A stretch of 64,000 nt of DNA from Nitrosopumilus sp. (lineage in GTDB: Archaea; Thermoproteota; Nitrososphaeria; Nitrososphaerales; Nitrosopumilaceae). The notes under the pieces were generated by a model. That model ran no database searches, was not told the DNA's origin, and worked only from the letters and a program-made list of their open reading frames with translations. The stretch spans positions 224,001 through 288,000 of the forward strand of contig CBDBLX010000002.1 in NCBI GenBank assembly GCA_965207445.1, in the 5' to 3' direction. Position numbers and translations under genes: made by a program. This document shows, one piece after another, positions 1 to 9,765 of the stretch (positions are counted from its first letter, which is position 1; each line of letters starts with the position of its first letter).

Positions 1-279
1 GTTTATTTTCGTCTCTTTGTTATCTAATCTGATTAGCGTCGCAGGACCGATCAGTCGCTCTAGGGGAATTTGGTTTATCTTTTTTCCATTTTTAGTAAAG
101 TGGTATGGCGCATCCATATGTGTTCCTGTATGCGTACTTGCAAAGAATAACTCTAGGTTGTAGCCATCTTGCTCAAGATCAGAGTATTTGATGAACTGTG
201 AAGGCGGAGAGCCTGGAAATGTTGGCAGTGTCTTTGATATTGGTAGTGTGAGATCAAATAGTCGTCTTCTTTTTTGCAT
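1..279 (-). CDS. Cyclase / kynurenine formamidase (KynB-like) metal hydrolase; runs off window start
   Basis: Manual translation MQKRRRLFDLTLPISKTLPTFPGSP...STHTGTHMDAPYHF contains the HxGTHxDAPxH motif. Not in the ORF track. Confidence 0.9.
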   Translation of the reverse strand, partial: MQKRRRLFDLTLPISKTLPTFPGSPPSQFIKYSDLEQDGYNLELFFASTHTGTHMDAPYHFTKNGKKINQIPLERLIGPATLIRLDNKETKIN

Positions 280-373
280 TATGTGGGGTTGCGCGTGGTC
301 TGTTAAATGTCATGTGTACTGTAGTTTACTGCATAATTTGTCACCAATTAGTCAAATTACACAACGAACAAAT

Positions 374-458
374 GTAGCCGTTCAGCCCCCCCGTGTACCT
401 GCGCCAGACGTTAGGCGGTGAATTTGTGCCTAAATTTGGGAAGGGGTTGAACGGTTAC
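374..458. mobile_element. MITE family A, copy 1
   Basis: Inverted ends GTAGCCGTTCAGCCCC...GGGGTTGAACGGTTAC; interior is the reverse complement of 3211-3291. Confidence 0.85.
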
Positions 459-525
459 TTTGCCAAATTACACAACAAACCACATGTCATGAAAAGTTAA
501 ATATGCTTTACGCGTTATTAAAAAT

Positions 526-783
526 GTGCCAACAGCATATGTTCTACTGAATTCTGATCTTGGATCAGACGAGTCAATAATTAACGAGGTAAAAGGAATA
601 CTAGAATCTGAAAAGATGACATTTGAGGTGCAAGGGGTATATGGTGTGTATGATATTGTACTAAAACTTACCGCAGATGACCCTGAAGAGTTGCGTAGAG
701 TAATTACAAACAAGGTAAGAAGGATAAACAAAGTCCAGTCAACTCTAACCATGATGGTAATAGAGGAACAAGAAGGTCTATAA
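526..783 (+). CDS. Stand-alone Lrp/AsnC ligand-binding (RAM) domain protein
   Basis: AYVLLN...VYGVYDIVLKL...VRRINKVQSTLT pattern. Confidence 0.9.
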   Translation: MPTAYVLLNSDLGSDESIINEVKGILESEKMTFEVQGVYGVYDIVLKLTADDPEELRRVITNKVRRINKVQSTLTMMVIEEQEGL

Positions 784-2025
784 CAACTGCTTTAGTGTCC
801 TGACTAACTCGTGTATCTGCGATTCGGTATTGTAAAAGTGAGGTGACGCGCGTACTATGTTTTGCTCTCCTGATTCACGTACAGCTAAAATTATGCCTCG
901 TTTCTCTAAATAGTCGACTACATATTGTGGGCTTTTTTCTTTTATAGTAAAGGATGTAATACTTGTGCGCATATCAGAATCTGGATGCATGTGAATTGTA
1001 GCATTGGACATGTGTTCTAACTCATCTTGCAGTAGTTGTGAGAGATTTTTGTTCTTTGCTCGTATCTTTTCTAATCCAATCTTTTTGATGTATGCAAGTG
1101 ATGACTCGAGTCCAACTGCACCTACGTAGTTTCTAAAACCTGTCTGAAATTTACTTGGTGTATCTTTGAAATGCAATTCTTCTACATTATTATTATTATT
1201 ATTATTATCATCATTTTTTGATAATGTGGCAGACTCGCCTCCGATCATAACTGGACTCAACGCATCTTTTGCATCATCATTGCAGTAAAATATGCCGGTG
1301 CCCATCGGACCGCACAGCCACTTTGAGCCATTAAAAGACATGAAATCACATCCAATCTCAAATACACTACATGTGTGTGCATCTGTACACCCGATTGTCT
1401 GTGCAGCATCTACAAAAAAACTGCAATTATAATCACGTATTACATCATCTATTTTGGTTATTGGTATAATGGTACCTGTATTGTACAGAGCATGACTTAG
1501 TACGACTAGTCTGGTGCTTTGGTCCATGCTATTTCTTAACTCGTCTATATCAAAGAGACCTGTAGGGTCAATACTGAGGTTTTTAATCTGTATATTTTTT
1601 TTCTGTCTCTGATATAGCCATGGATAAAAATTTGCATGATGCTCGTGCTCCATACCTCTGATGATAATATTGCACCTTTCATGTAATGATTCTAGTCCGG
1701 TGGCAACCATGTTAATGCCATCTGTTGTACTCTGAGTCAAGGCTATTTCATTGGGTTTACAAGATATAATTTCAGAGATCATACTTCTGACATTTTGCAT
1801 TGTTTTTGTGACAAACTCATCTGCTTGCATTGAGTCTGGCCCAATCATGTTATATTTGAACAAAAAATCTGACATGGCTTTTATACTCGAATCTGGCATC
1901 AGTGAGACTGATGCATTGTTTAGGTAAATTTTGTTGTCTGCATATGAAAACTCTTCAAAATCATTTACTAGATTGTTGTGCTGTGGTTGTGGTTGTGGTT
2001 GTGGTGTTTTGGCATCGATACTCAT
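778..2025 (-). CDS. Class V PLP aminotransferase, cysteine desulfurase (SufS)-like
   Basis: IYLNNAS, EHHAN, VDAAQ, GSKWLCGPMG, RASPHFYN motifs. Confidence 0.85.
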   Translation of the reverse strand: MSIDAKTPQPQPQPQHNNLVNDFEEFSYADNKIYLNNASVSLMPDSSIKAMSDFLFKYNMIGPDSMQADEFVTKTMQNVRSMISEIISCKPNEIALTQSTTDGINMVATGLESLHERCNIIIRGMEHEHHANFYPWLYQRQKKNIQIKNLSIDPTGLFDIDELRNSMDQSTRLVVLSHALYNTGTIIPITKIDDVIRDYNCSFFVDAAQTIGCTDAHTCSVFEIGCDFMSFNGSKWLCGPMGTGIFYCNDDAKDALSPVMIGGESATLSKNDDNNNNNNNVEELHFKDTPSKFQTGFRNYVGAVGLESSLAYIKKIGLEKIRAKNKNLSQLLQDELEHMSNATIHMHPDSDMRTSITSFTIKEKSPQYVVDYLEKRGIILAVRESGEQNIVRASPHFYNTESQIHELVRTLKQLL

Positions 2026-2067
2026 TATTATATCTAGAATTACATATGATAATGATGGATAAAAACC

Positions 2068-2697
2068 ATGACTGACAATAAAATGATATCATATACGCCA
2101 CAATCATTTATGAGTCAACTCACCGCACCAATCAGTATAATATTATGTACTGATGCTATCAAAAAGACACGTCTGTTTGGGATGCTGTCGGACTTGGCAC
2201 CAAATCGTGTGTTATACCTTGATACTGATATGTTGTATACTGGTTGTGTATATGCGGGACTTTACAAAAACAAAGATCACACAACCATTCATTGTCCTGA
2301 CCAAGATACATGGCACCGTACCGTCACTGACATCATACATCAAGCGTCTATTACAAAGACTGTTGTTATAATCGACTCACTAAATGGTGTCTATGAGTTG
2401 TTTGGCAAATCTGACTCTGCAATGTCTGCTAATACTCATATCATGTCAATTGCATCCCTTGCAAGACAAGCAGGTTCTTCTGTTATAGTGGGCGCAATGA
2501 TACGAAGAAAAAATAGCCGTAAAACAAGTAATAACACCTCCCACAATCATACCAATAATGACAAAGACACTCTCAAGGTATTTGAAGAGTACGTTTTGCA
2601 TCCTAGTGGACGTCAAATACCAAAAATAACACCACATCATACTTTATTCTTAGAGGGCACACGACTACATCCGTTGATTACAAATGTTCTTGTGTAA
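2068..2697 (+). CDS. Hypothetical protein with degenerate RecA/KaiC-like fold
   Basis: VLYLDTD and VIIDSLNG (Walker B-like); Walker A is not intact. Confidence 0.55.
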   Translation: MTDNKMISYTPQSFMSQLTAPISIILCTDAIKKTRLFGMLSDLAPNRVLYLDTDMLYTGCVYAGLYKNKDHTTIHCPDQDTWHRTVTDIIHQASITKTVVIIDSLNGVYELFGKSDSAMSANTHIMSIASLARQAGSSVIVGAMIRRKNSRKTSNNTSHNHTNNDKDTLKVFEEYVLHPSGRQIPKITPHHTLFLEGTRLHPLITNVLV

Positions 2698-2802
2698 TGC
2701 AATTAGTCGTGTATATAACACCGTTATAAAATGGCAAACGCCGTTATAGACCAATTATTTACAACAAGTCTTATTAGTAATGAATCGAGAATTAGAGTTA
2801 CA

Positions 2803-3102
2803 ATGCCAGTAGGAATTATTCCAGACATTAGCGAACAGATGTGTATAGGCTGTGCACTATGTGTAGAGATCTGTACATCCCTCGGACCTGATGTACTAAG
2901 AGTAAAACCCGTTGAAGGCTGGAAGAGAGGCAAGGCTTTTGTCTTTTATCCAGAGAGATGTATTTCTGATGGTGCATGCATTGGTGTATGCCCAACAAAA
3001 GCAATCTTTTGGATGCGACCGATGGACTTTACTGTCGGGCAGCCAGTTCCACTCTACAAGAATTCAGTCTTTGAGAAAGGTTGGACAGAACTGATCGATT
3101 AA
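2803..3102 (+). CDS. 2x[4Fe-4S] ferredoxin
   Basis: CIGCALCVEIC and CISDGACIGVCP. Start at MPVG (2803) preferred over the track start at 2731. Confidence 0.9.
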   Translation: MPVGIIPDISEQMCIGCALCVEICTSLGPDVLRVKPVEGWKRGKAFVFYPERCISDGACIGVCPTKAIFWMRPMDFTVGQPVPLYKNSVFEKGWTELID

Positions 3103-3210
3103 ATCAGTTCTCTATATTTTTTCTTTTTCTTATAATTATTATTATTATTATTTGTGTAGTATGTACACTTTGATAACATTGTTTATCTAAACATTATTTT
3201 ACTTTTACAT

Positions 3211-3291
3211 GTAACCGTTCAACCCTTTCGCAAATTTAGGCACAAATTCACCGCCTAACGTCTGGCGCAGGTACAGGGGTTGAACGGTTAC
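3211..3291. mobile_element. MITE family A, copy 2, with 9-bp target-site duplication
   Basis: GTAACCGTTCAACCC...GGGTTGAACGGTTAC flanked by CTTTTACAT at 3202-3210 and 3292-3300. Confidence 0.92.
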
Positions 3292-3306
3292 CTTTTACAT
3301 GTATAA

Positions 3307-4530
3307 TTATTTTCTGAGTTTAAATTTAGATGACCAACCTCTATTTTTTTTGTTACTATTGTCTGTAGAGTTTGATGATGATGATGGTTCGTGTTTGTCA
3401 TCTTCTACCTTGTCTGACTTTCGCATCTCGCCTACTGGCAGTCGCTGGAGCATCTCGTATGTTATGGTAAATCCTTTTCCGACCATTGTGGCATCTTTGG
3501 CATACTGTTCTTTGTTTGGTACCAAATCATCTGGCAAACTTCGTATACGTCTAGTCTTGAGATTAAAGAGGCGTATGACTTTGGAGTCCTCTAACTCTAC
3601 TTTGACATCTCCACTAAGCCCCTGTATGGAAAACTCTTCAAAGAATCTCATTGTACCGCCTTTTTTTAATTTGATTATACAATCATATGTGATCTTACCT
3701 CCATAAAACAATAATTCACGTGTTGATATTACTATATCTTCTTCTGCATTATATATGATTACTGTATCTGCGTTTAGTGATACTGTATTCTCAACATTTT
3801 CAACAATTATTTTTCCGTTTGGAGCTGAGATCTGCGTGCGTCGTTCACGAATTTTGTATACTCCTACTCTTCCTTCTATATCCTCTATTCTGTGCTTGCG
3901 GCCATACACATCTCCAATTACTACATTACCATTTTCAACTGTAAGGTGTGCTCCATTCTCTATCTTGTATTTATTCTCTAGTGGATCGACCATCTTAAAG
4001 TCACCGTGTGTGAGTCGTATGTGCGTTCGATACTCGTCTGCCATAGATGGACTGGTTATATTTCCCCTCATGATGATTGGGCCGTCATATGTTATACTAC
4101 CTGCCATAAAATTTCCTTTGATTAGTAATGCCCCATTTGCCTTTCGTTCAAGTTCGATCTCCCCTAATGTCTTTGATCCAAAGAGACGTGTTGCAGTTAT
4201 GTTTGCACGACATAATGCTGCTACCCACTCTTCGGCCGTTCTCATCTCTTTGTAGATCTGTTGTCCGAGTATCTGGTTTCTTCTCATAACGTCTGCATCT
4301 GTCTCATTTGCAAACACACGTGAGTTCTTCAGCCGTTCATCGTCTGTATCTGGATACTTTTTGCCCATCTTGAGGTCTTCGTATGCCTGCTTGATACGTA
4401 TGAACTGCTTGCCTTCTCCACCACGGTCTGAGTGTGACTGGAGCGCTAGCTGTCTAAATGCATCCCGTATCTGTTTTTCAGTAGAACCTTCGGGAATTCC
4501 AAGTATATCGTAATTTGACTCTATCACCAT
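3307..4530 (-). CDS. DnaJ-domain protein (HSD in place of HPD)
   Basis: YDILG...IRDAFRQLALQSHSDRGG...FIRIKQAYEDL at the N-terminus. Confidence 0.85.
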   Translation of the reverse strand: MVIESNYDILGIPEGSTEKQIRDAFRQLALQSHSDRGGEGKQFIRIKQAYEDLKMGKKYPDTDDERLKNSRVFANETDADVMRRNQILGQQIYKEMRTAEEWVAALCRANITATRLFGSKTLGEIELERKANGALLIKGNFMAGSITYDGPIIMRGNITSPSMADEYRTHIRLTHGDFKMVDPLENKYKIENGAHLTVENGNVVIGDVYGRKHRIEDIEGRVGVYKIRERRTQISAPNGKIIVENVENTVSLNADTVIIYNAEEDIVISTRELLFYGGKITYDCIIKLKKGGTMRFFEEFSIQGLSGDVKVELEDSKVIRLFNLKTRRIRSLPDDLVPNKEQYAKDATMVGKGFTITYEMLQRLPVGEMRKSDKVEDDKHEPSSSSNSTDNSNKKNRGWSSKFKLRK

Positions 4531-4989
4531 TTACAATATCAACAATTACTGTTTAGGGCTTTCATATTTGTGGTTTGTTTTAGATGATTTCTACCAATTA
4601 TCAAATTATAGCGATGTTCATAAATTCTGGTACAACTAAAAAATCATGCTAGGTAATTTTTAACAGACATCTTTGTATAGAAATACTCAGCAATTCAGAT
4701 TTGTCATATTTTTTAAAATATAGTGTCAAAAAATGTGGTATCGGGGCTTTATGATACACACGTGAGCTAACATGTGACGGGACATGCAAACATAGAGATG
4801 ATATGTGGTACTTTTAGCCTACACTATATTCACCTATTTTTGAATCAGCAGTGCTGGAATTTGCCTTTACAAATGGACACATGAGGCTTTTTGGCGGACT
4901 GCACTTTCAAAATTTTGTAAATTCATTCAAATATGTGATTGTCAACAAACTCGTACACGGTATTTAGATGGGTAATTTTGTAAGCAGTA

Positions 4990-5190
4990 TTCTGATTGCG
5001 TCATCAACTGCTCACTTGAGTATACTCATACCTCTTCTATCGGATTCAGATGCATGTCAAGTAGGGCCGAAAGATGATAATGCCATGTGTTCTAAAGAAA
5101 TTTTGTGCATTTTTAAAAGTGTGCCACGGCGCTTTGTCAAGCACCAATACCATTGCCCACAACCTTGTTGTAGACGTTCTCAATATGCTC
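4990..5190 (-). pseudogene. IS630-family transposase remnant
   Basis: Minus-strand fragments VLVLDKAPWH and LNPIEEV*SILK with stops and frameshifts. Confidence 0.7.
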
Positions 5191-5214
5191 TAAAAAAATA
5201 TCCTCATGAGGAAG

Positions 5215-6432
5215 TCATTCAACGCCGGTTGTCCGGATGCCACAGTACTCCCAGCTGCCCGAGTAACGTATTACTTTATCCAGAAACTCGATCTGTCCAG
5301 GTCGTAGATCCCAGATCTTTGCTGTGTCAAATGTTATTATGTCTTGGTTTGAATCTGCCACATAATAGATGTAATTCACGTCATACGTCCTCGTGCTCAA
5401 GTTCTTGATTCTGCCCTCCACATTGACATACTGGGATGAACTTTGCTCGCACTTTATGATATCAATATCCAAAATGTTGTTTTCAGTGGACGTGTCCGGC
5501 GGGCTTGGATCGCTTACATCTTTGGTAACCCGTGCAGTGGCCGATTCGATCGTTATACCGCATTTACTCCACTCTTTATCGACACCAGGAACTTTGTTGT
5601 TGGTATGCGCGCTTGTACCAGGAGACAGGTTCCACAACTCTAACATCTGGGAGCTGTTGATTATGGTGCCGTTTTCTGTCATGATGTGGACTTGATACTG
5701 AACATTGGATTCCTGAGACCCTGTGTTCTCTATAACGGCGGGTACGTGAACCAAACCGCCGGTTTGGCTACATTCTTTGGTTGTGGCTTTGAACAAAGAG
5801 GTGTCTACGTCAACAAGTTCATAGTCGAATAATGATGGTTCGCGTGAAACACCTTCGGCCTGGGGCAGTATATCCGGCGTGCCTGTGGTGGGTGTATTGC
5901 TTGTTAAGCTGGATTGGTCGAACATATGATCCCGTGCAAGCACTACGAACAAAGATCCAAATCCATCTTCACCCTCACAAACATCTTCAAACTTGACTAT
6001 TTCATCTAGGTTTTTGTCTGATATATCTGTCAGTTGGGCCAGGCCTTTTTCGAATATATTCCTACTCTCTGTGGTATGACTAAATGTTCCAAGTGCGTTA
6101 TCATTCATGTAGGTAAGTGTGTACACCATTCCCATACCCAACAAAACTCGTTCAATACTGTCTGTGCATTCACTGGATGTCGCGGTCGTACTCGCGGGCG
6201 GAGCCTCTACAGATATGATGCCCTCGCTGATCAGGTACTCTATCGTGCCCGCGTACGCGTCATCATCTATCAGGCCGTCTGCCCAGAACCCGGCCACGTC
6301 CTTTACCCAATCCGGGATCGCAGTTTGCGCGTACGCGGTTTCCACCGCCGCCTGTCCCACCATAACAGCCGCAACCATCATGATCGTCACGGTTTGTCTG
6401 TTTTGCATCACCGATCCGTCAATGAGTGTCAA
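5215..6432 (-). CDS. Secreted thaumarchaeal 'IPDWVK' protein with two C-terminal Ig-like beta repeats
   Basis: Signal peptide ending AYA; IPDWVKDVAGFW; duplicated IxN...L-x-PG...W..C.I modules. Start may be MQNRQ at 6408. Confidence 0.75.
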   Translation of the reverse strand: MTLIDGSVMQNRQTVTIMMVAAVMVGQAAVETAYAQTAIPDWVKDVAGFWADGLIDDDAYAGTIEYLISEGIISVEAPPASTTATSSECTDSIERVLLGMGMVYTLTYMNDNALGTFSHTTESRNIFEKGLAQLTDISDKNLDEIVKFEDVCEGEDGFGSLFVVLARDHMFDQSSLTSNTPTTGTPDILPQAEGVSREPSLFDYELVDVDTSLFKATTKECSQTGGLVHVPAVIENTGSQESNVQYQVHIMTENGTIINSSQMLELWNLSPGTSAHTNNKVPGVDKEWSKCGITIESATARVTKDVSDPSPPDTSTENNILDIDIIKCEQSSSQYVNVEGRIKNLSTRTYDVNYIYYVADSNQDIITFDTAKIWDLRPGQIEFLDKVIRYSGSWEYCGIRTTGVE

Positions 6433-6526
6433 TAATAAATGATCTATGAAAGAACAGTAGGCGGAAATATGCCTCCTACGGGTGGCAGCCAGACGTATGG
6501 ACGGGGGTCGAGTGGCTACGTTTAGT

Positions 6527-6574
6527 CATGATCTTTTATCTTATGTGTGCACTTCAAAAAAGTAAAACAGTTAC
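6527..6574 (+). mobile_element. MITE family B, right-end fragment
   Basis: CATGATCTTTTATCTTATGTGTGCACTTCAAAAAAGTAAAACAGTTAC matches the ends of 34284-34488 and 48325-48513. Confidence 0.8.
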
Positions 6575-6975
6575 ACATTTGGAGGGGGTGGGATATAACC
6601 TATGGCCTTTATAGTATCATTTATTATGTATGTATCTTTATCAGTTATAATATATGGTTTAGATTGATCACCTGCTGGCCCTGCAGTAGTTGACCTTGGT
6701 TCAGGGTCTGCATCTACTGGTTCAGGTTCAGTAGTTGGTTCATCTACTGGTTCAGGGTCTGGTTCATCTTGCGGCCCTGCAAGTGTTGTATACCCATTGT
6801 CTACAAGCCAAGATATTATATTCAAATAAGTTTCATCATCTATATCACCATTTGCCCAAAAACATGCTACTTCTTTAATCCAGTCTGGTATCTCTGCATA
6901 TGCAGTTCCTACAGTTGACAGACTTGTAATTATCATAATATTTGCAAAAATCGTTATTGTTTGTCTGCCTTTCAT
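6571..6975 (-). pseudogene. 3'-truncated secreted 'IPDWIK' protein
   Basis: Signal peptide, EIPDWIKEVACFW and a PEP-rich linker; the stop codon comes from the MITE-B end. Confidence 0.7.
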
Positions 6976-7132
6976 TCCATGTGTGGAAATTTGGTACTTA
7001 TGACTTTGAAATAATAAAAAAATCTAGTACAGTAGCATTCTGTACTATGCAATTGTCAGTTAATCTTATTATACACATCTATCTTATTAATTTTATTACC
7101 CCTATATTAAACACAATTAATTAATACAATTA

Positions 7133-7140
7133 TTTAAATA
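7133..7140 (+). promoter_or_regulatory. Candidate TATA box for the tRNA
   Basis: TTTAAATA ending 20 nt upstream of the tRNA 5' end; the region is very AT-rich, so evidence is weak. Confidence 0.4.
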
Positions 7141-7160
7141 TAATAATAGCTGGTAAATAT

Positions 7161-7233
7161 GGGCCAGTAGTATCATAGGCAATGCGTGTAATTGTCAGTT
7201 GTATGATCACGGGTTCAAATCCCGTCTGGTCCA
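7161..7233 (+). tRNA. Atypical tRNA: anticodon GTC (Asp) with Ala-like acceptor (G3:U70, A73)
   Basis: 73-nt cloverleaf: GGGCCAG/CTGGTCC, D stem GTAT/ATGC, anticodon arm TGTAA-TTGTCAG-TTGTA, T arm ACGGG-TTCAAAT-CCCGT. Confidence 0.8.
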
Positions 7234-7263
7234 CTCTATTTTGTCACTTCAGTAGTTCAAAAA

Positions 7264-7758
7264 GTGACGGTGTCACGAGACTTGGAGAAGAACGGACTCG
7301 TACAATTTGACATGTGGAACGAGGGTGAGTCTAGTTTCAACAGCAGACACAGGCTGCAGAGGTACGTGTTCTTGGCAAAGCGCTTTGGGCTTGACATGCA
7401 CTACGAGTATGACATGATGTGCTTGTACGGGCCCCCCCAGTCCAGAGCCTTGATGGGCGATTATCTCAAATACGCGGGAAACCACACGAGAAGCCCCGGA
7501 CGGCAGGATGATGACCGTCAGATCGTGATACGGCTTCCAGAGTCGTTTCGAAGTGGAGAGTTTCTGGACTTTGTCAGGAACAGGGACGACGATTGACTGT
7601 ACGTGGCCACTACTTTGATGGACCGCAGTGAAACTCTTCCTAACAGGAACGACTTGATCGAAAACGTCAAATGGACCACCCCCAGGTTTTCCATAGAGTA
7701 CATTGCAAACGTGCTGTATGAGCTGCAGGCCGCACATATGATAGACCTAAAACAATAA
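7264..7758 (+). pseudogene. YwgA/DUF4065 (Panacea)-like gene with in-frame TGA at 7594-7596
   Basis: RHRLQRYVFLA...YEY...LYGP motif; the frame continues *LYVATTLMD...IDLKQ to TAA at 7758. Confidence 0.6.
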
Positions 7759-7795
7759 CATGACTACAAATCTTCCGATAGTTCAGTCTTGTGTT

Positions 7796-8082
7796 TCATT
7801 CCTCGTCGTGGCAAAGTCGTAGATCATAGCCACAAATTCCCTTGTTTTTCAGCAATGTATTATCCGGCGTGAACAGGAATTTGGAGTAGGGATCGGCCAA
7901 GGCAAGGGCCAACAGCTCCGCGTCAACGCCCACCACCCTATTATCCACGTGTGTCAGCTCGGCTGCTATTTGGACGGATCTGTTTGATGGCGGCGCTGCA
8001 TGTTGGCGTCATTCCATAGTACTTTTTCATCAGGGACGCAAACTTTTCCAGCAGTCGATCCGGCCGCGTCCTGTCGCCGCAT
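7796..8082 (-). pseudogene. Frameshifted remnant of a PIN-like protein
   Basis: IAAELTHVDNRVVGVDAELLALALADPYSKFLFTPDNTLL resembles a PIN C-terminal half; GC-rich. Confidence 0.4.
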
Positions 8083-8122
8083 TATATAATAATTATAATA
8101 GTAATAGTAATAATAATATGAA

Positions 8123-9568
8123 TTAGGAATCTGCATACATTGAGATCTCCCATGGTGTAGGAGTTTGAGCAAATGATGAGTATTCTTTGGTTTTAAGATC
8201 AGTATACACATCAAGAAAATCTTTGGTAAATACATCAATCAAAAACTTATTGTCGCTTTGTAGTGCTTCAATTGCTCCTTTGAGTGATGTTGGCAACGAT
8301 CCAACATTATACTCGCGTCTTTTCTCTGGTGTGAGTTGATATACATTTTCTGCAATTGGATCGCCAGGGTCTAGTCTTCTTTTTATGCCATCAAGTCCAG
8401 CTAGTAAGAGTGCTGACTCTAACAAGTATATGTTAGCAGTCGGATCTGGAACTCTGTACTCTATTCTTTTACTTTCTTCTTGATGTTTTGTGTACATTGG
8501 AACTCTGACTGCAGCAGACCTATTGCCAAATCCCCAGCAGACATTAATCGGGGCCTCGTATCCTGGAATGAGTCGTTTATACGAGTTTGTAGTGGGGTTT
8601 GTAATTGCGCACAATGCAGATGCATGGTCTAGTATTCCACCCACATAATATCTGCCTGCTTGACTCAATTGTGCGATTGTATCATTCTCATCATACATTA
8701 CATTTGTATTCTTATTCCAGAGACTCTGGTGCACATGCATTGCAGATGCATTATCACCTACTATTGGCTTTGGCATAAATGTCGCTACTTTATTTTTACG
8801 TCGCGCCTTTACCTTTACAAAATTCTTTATCGTAACTACAGTATCTGCCATTTTAATCATTTCCCCATATTTGAGGTTGATCTCACATTGCCCTGATGTT
8901 GCAACTTCGTGGTGCTCTGCCTCTATTTTGATACCAAATGATTTGTATAATTCATGGCAGACATCTTTACGAAAACCATCTAGTGTATCCTTTGGCTGTG
9001 CTGGATAATATCCTTCTCGAACCTCAATTGCAGTACTAACATTACCCTTTGACCATGGTGACTCTTTTGATTCGATCGAGTATCCTGACCCGACACCAGA
9101 GTGTATTGCAGCGTACGGGGATGGGTATACACTAATCCCATCAAATACGAAAAATTCTATCTCTGGTCCCCAACTAGTATGAGAAAATCCAAACTCTGAG
9201 ATTTTCTTTGATGCTTTTTCTGCAATGCCACGAGAATCACGATTGTATCTGGCATCGGGGCTGGTACTTCCATCATATAGATCACATATTATGCGAGCAT
9301 TTTTTCTTCCACTCAGATCATAATCTTCTGGAAGAATTTGAAACGTACTGGGATCAGGTAGCATAACCATATCTGAGTCATTGACTGTCTTAAAGCCCAA
9401 GATGGAACTTCCATCTAGTTTCTCTAGACCATTTACAAAACTATCTTGATTTATTGCATAGTGTGGCATTCCTACCTTGTGCAGTTCACCAAATACGTCT
9501 ACAAACCAAAAATCAATAAAAGAGATCGATTTTTTCTTAATTATATCTAATACCTGCTCTGCATTCAT
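8123..9568 (-). CDS. glnA: Glutamine synthetase type I
   Basis: DGSSI, GPEIEFF, HHEVA, ATFMPKP, MHVHQSL, NSYKRLIPGYEAP, NRSAAVRVP, RIEYRVPD. Confidence 0.96.
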   Translation of the reverse strand: MNAEQVLDIIKKKSISFIDFWFVDVFGELHKVGMPHYAINQDSFVNGLEKLDGSSILGFKTVNDSDMVMLPDPSTFQILPEDYDLSGRKNARIICDLYDGSTSPDARYNRDSRGIAEKASKKISEFGFSHTSWGPEIEFFVFDGISVYPSPYAAIHSGVGSGYSIESKESPWSKGNVSTAIEVREGYYPAQPKDTLDGFRKDVCHELYKSFGIKIEAEHHEVATSGQCEINLKYGEMIKMADTVVTIKNFVKVKARRKNKVATFMPKPIVGDNASAMHVHQSLWNKNTNVMYDENDTIAQLSQAGRYYVGGILDHASALCAITNPTTNSYKRLIPGYEAPINVCWGFGNRSAAVRVPMYTKHQEESKRIEYRVPDPTANIYLLESALLLAGLDGIKRRLDPGDPIAENVYQLTPEKRREYNVGSLPTSLKGAIEALQSDNKFLIDVFTKDFLDVYTDLKTKEYSSFAQTPTPWEISMYADS

Positions 9569-9765
9569 AGAGCTATATCCATTACTCACAAATATACTCA
9601 AAAAATAACCATTAATAATACTACGGCGCAGTCATTATAATTTGATATATATATTAAATACATGTTTGTTAGAATATTTATGTATTTATATATATTTATA
9701 TACATATTTTATACCGCCTTTAGTTTGTTGCCACAAATGCATGGCAACAACAACAACAAAAAAAA

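Noticed and set aside
2731..2802. N-terminal extension of the ferredoxin (likewise 13868-14191 for the LEA-like gene)
   Set aside because: These extensions cross probable promoter DNA or an opposite-strand gene; downstream ATGs fit better.
7594..7596. Selenocysteine or recoded TGA
   Set aside because: TGA is a normal stop elsewhere in the window and neighbouring genes are decayed; a nonsense mutation is simpler.
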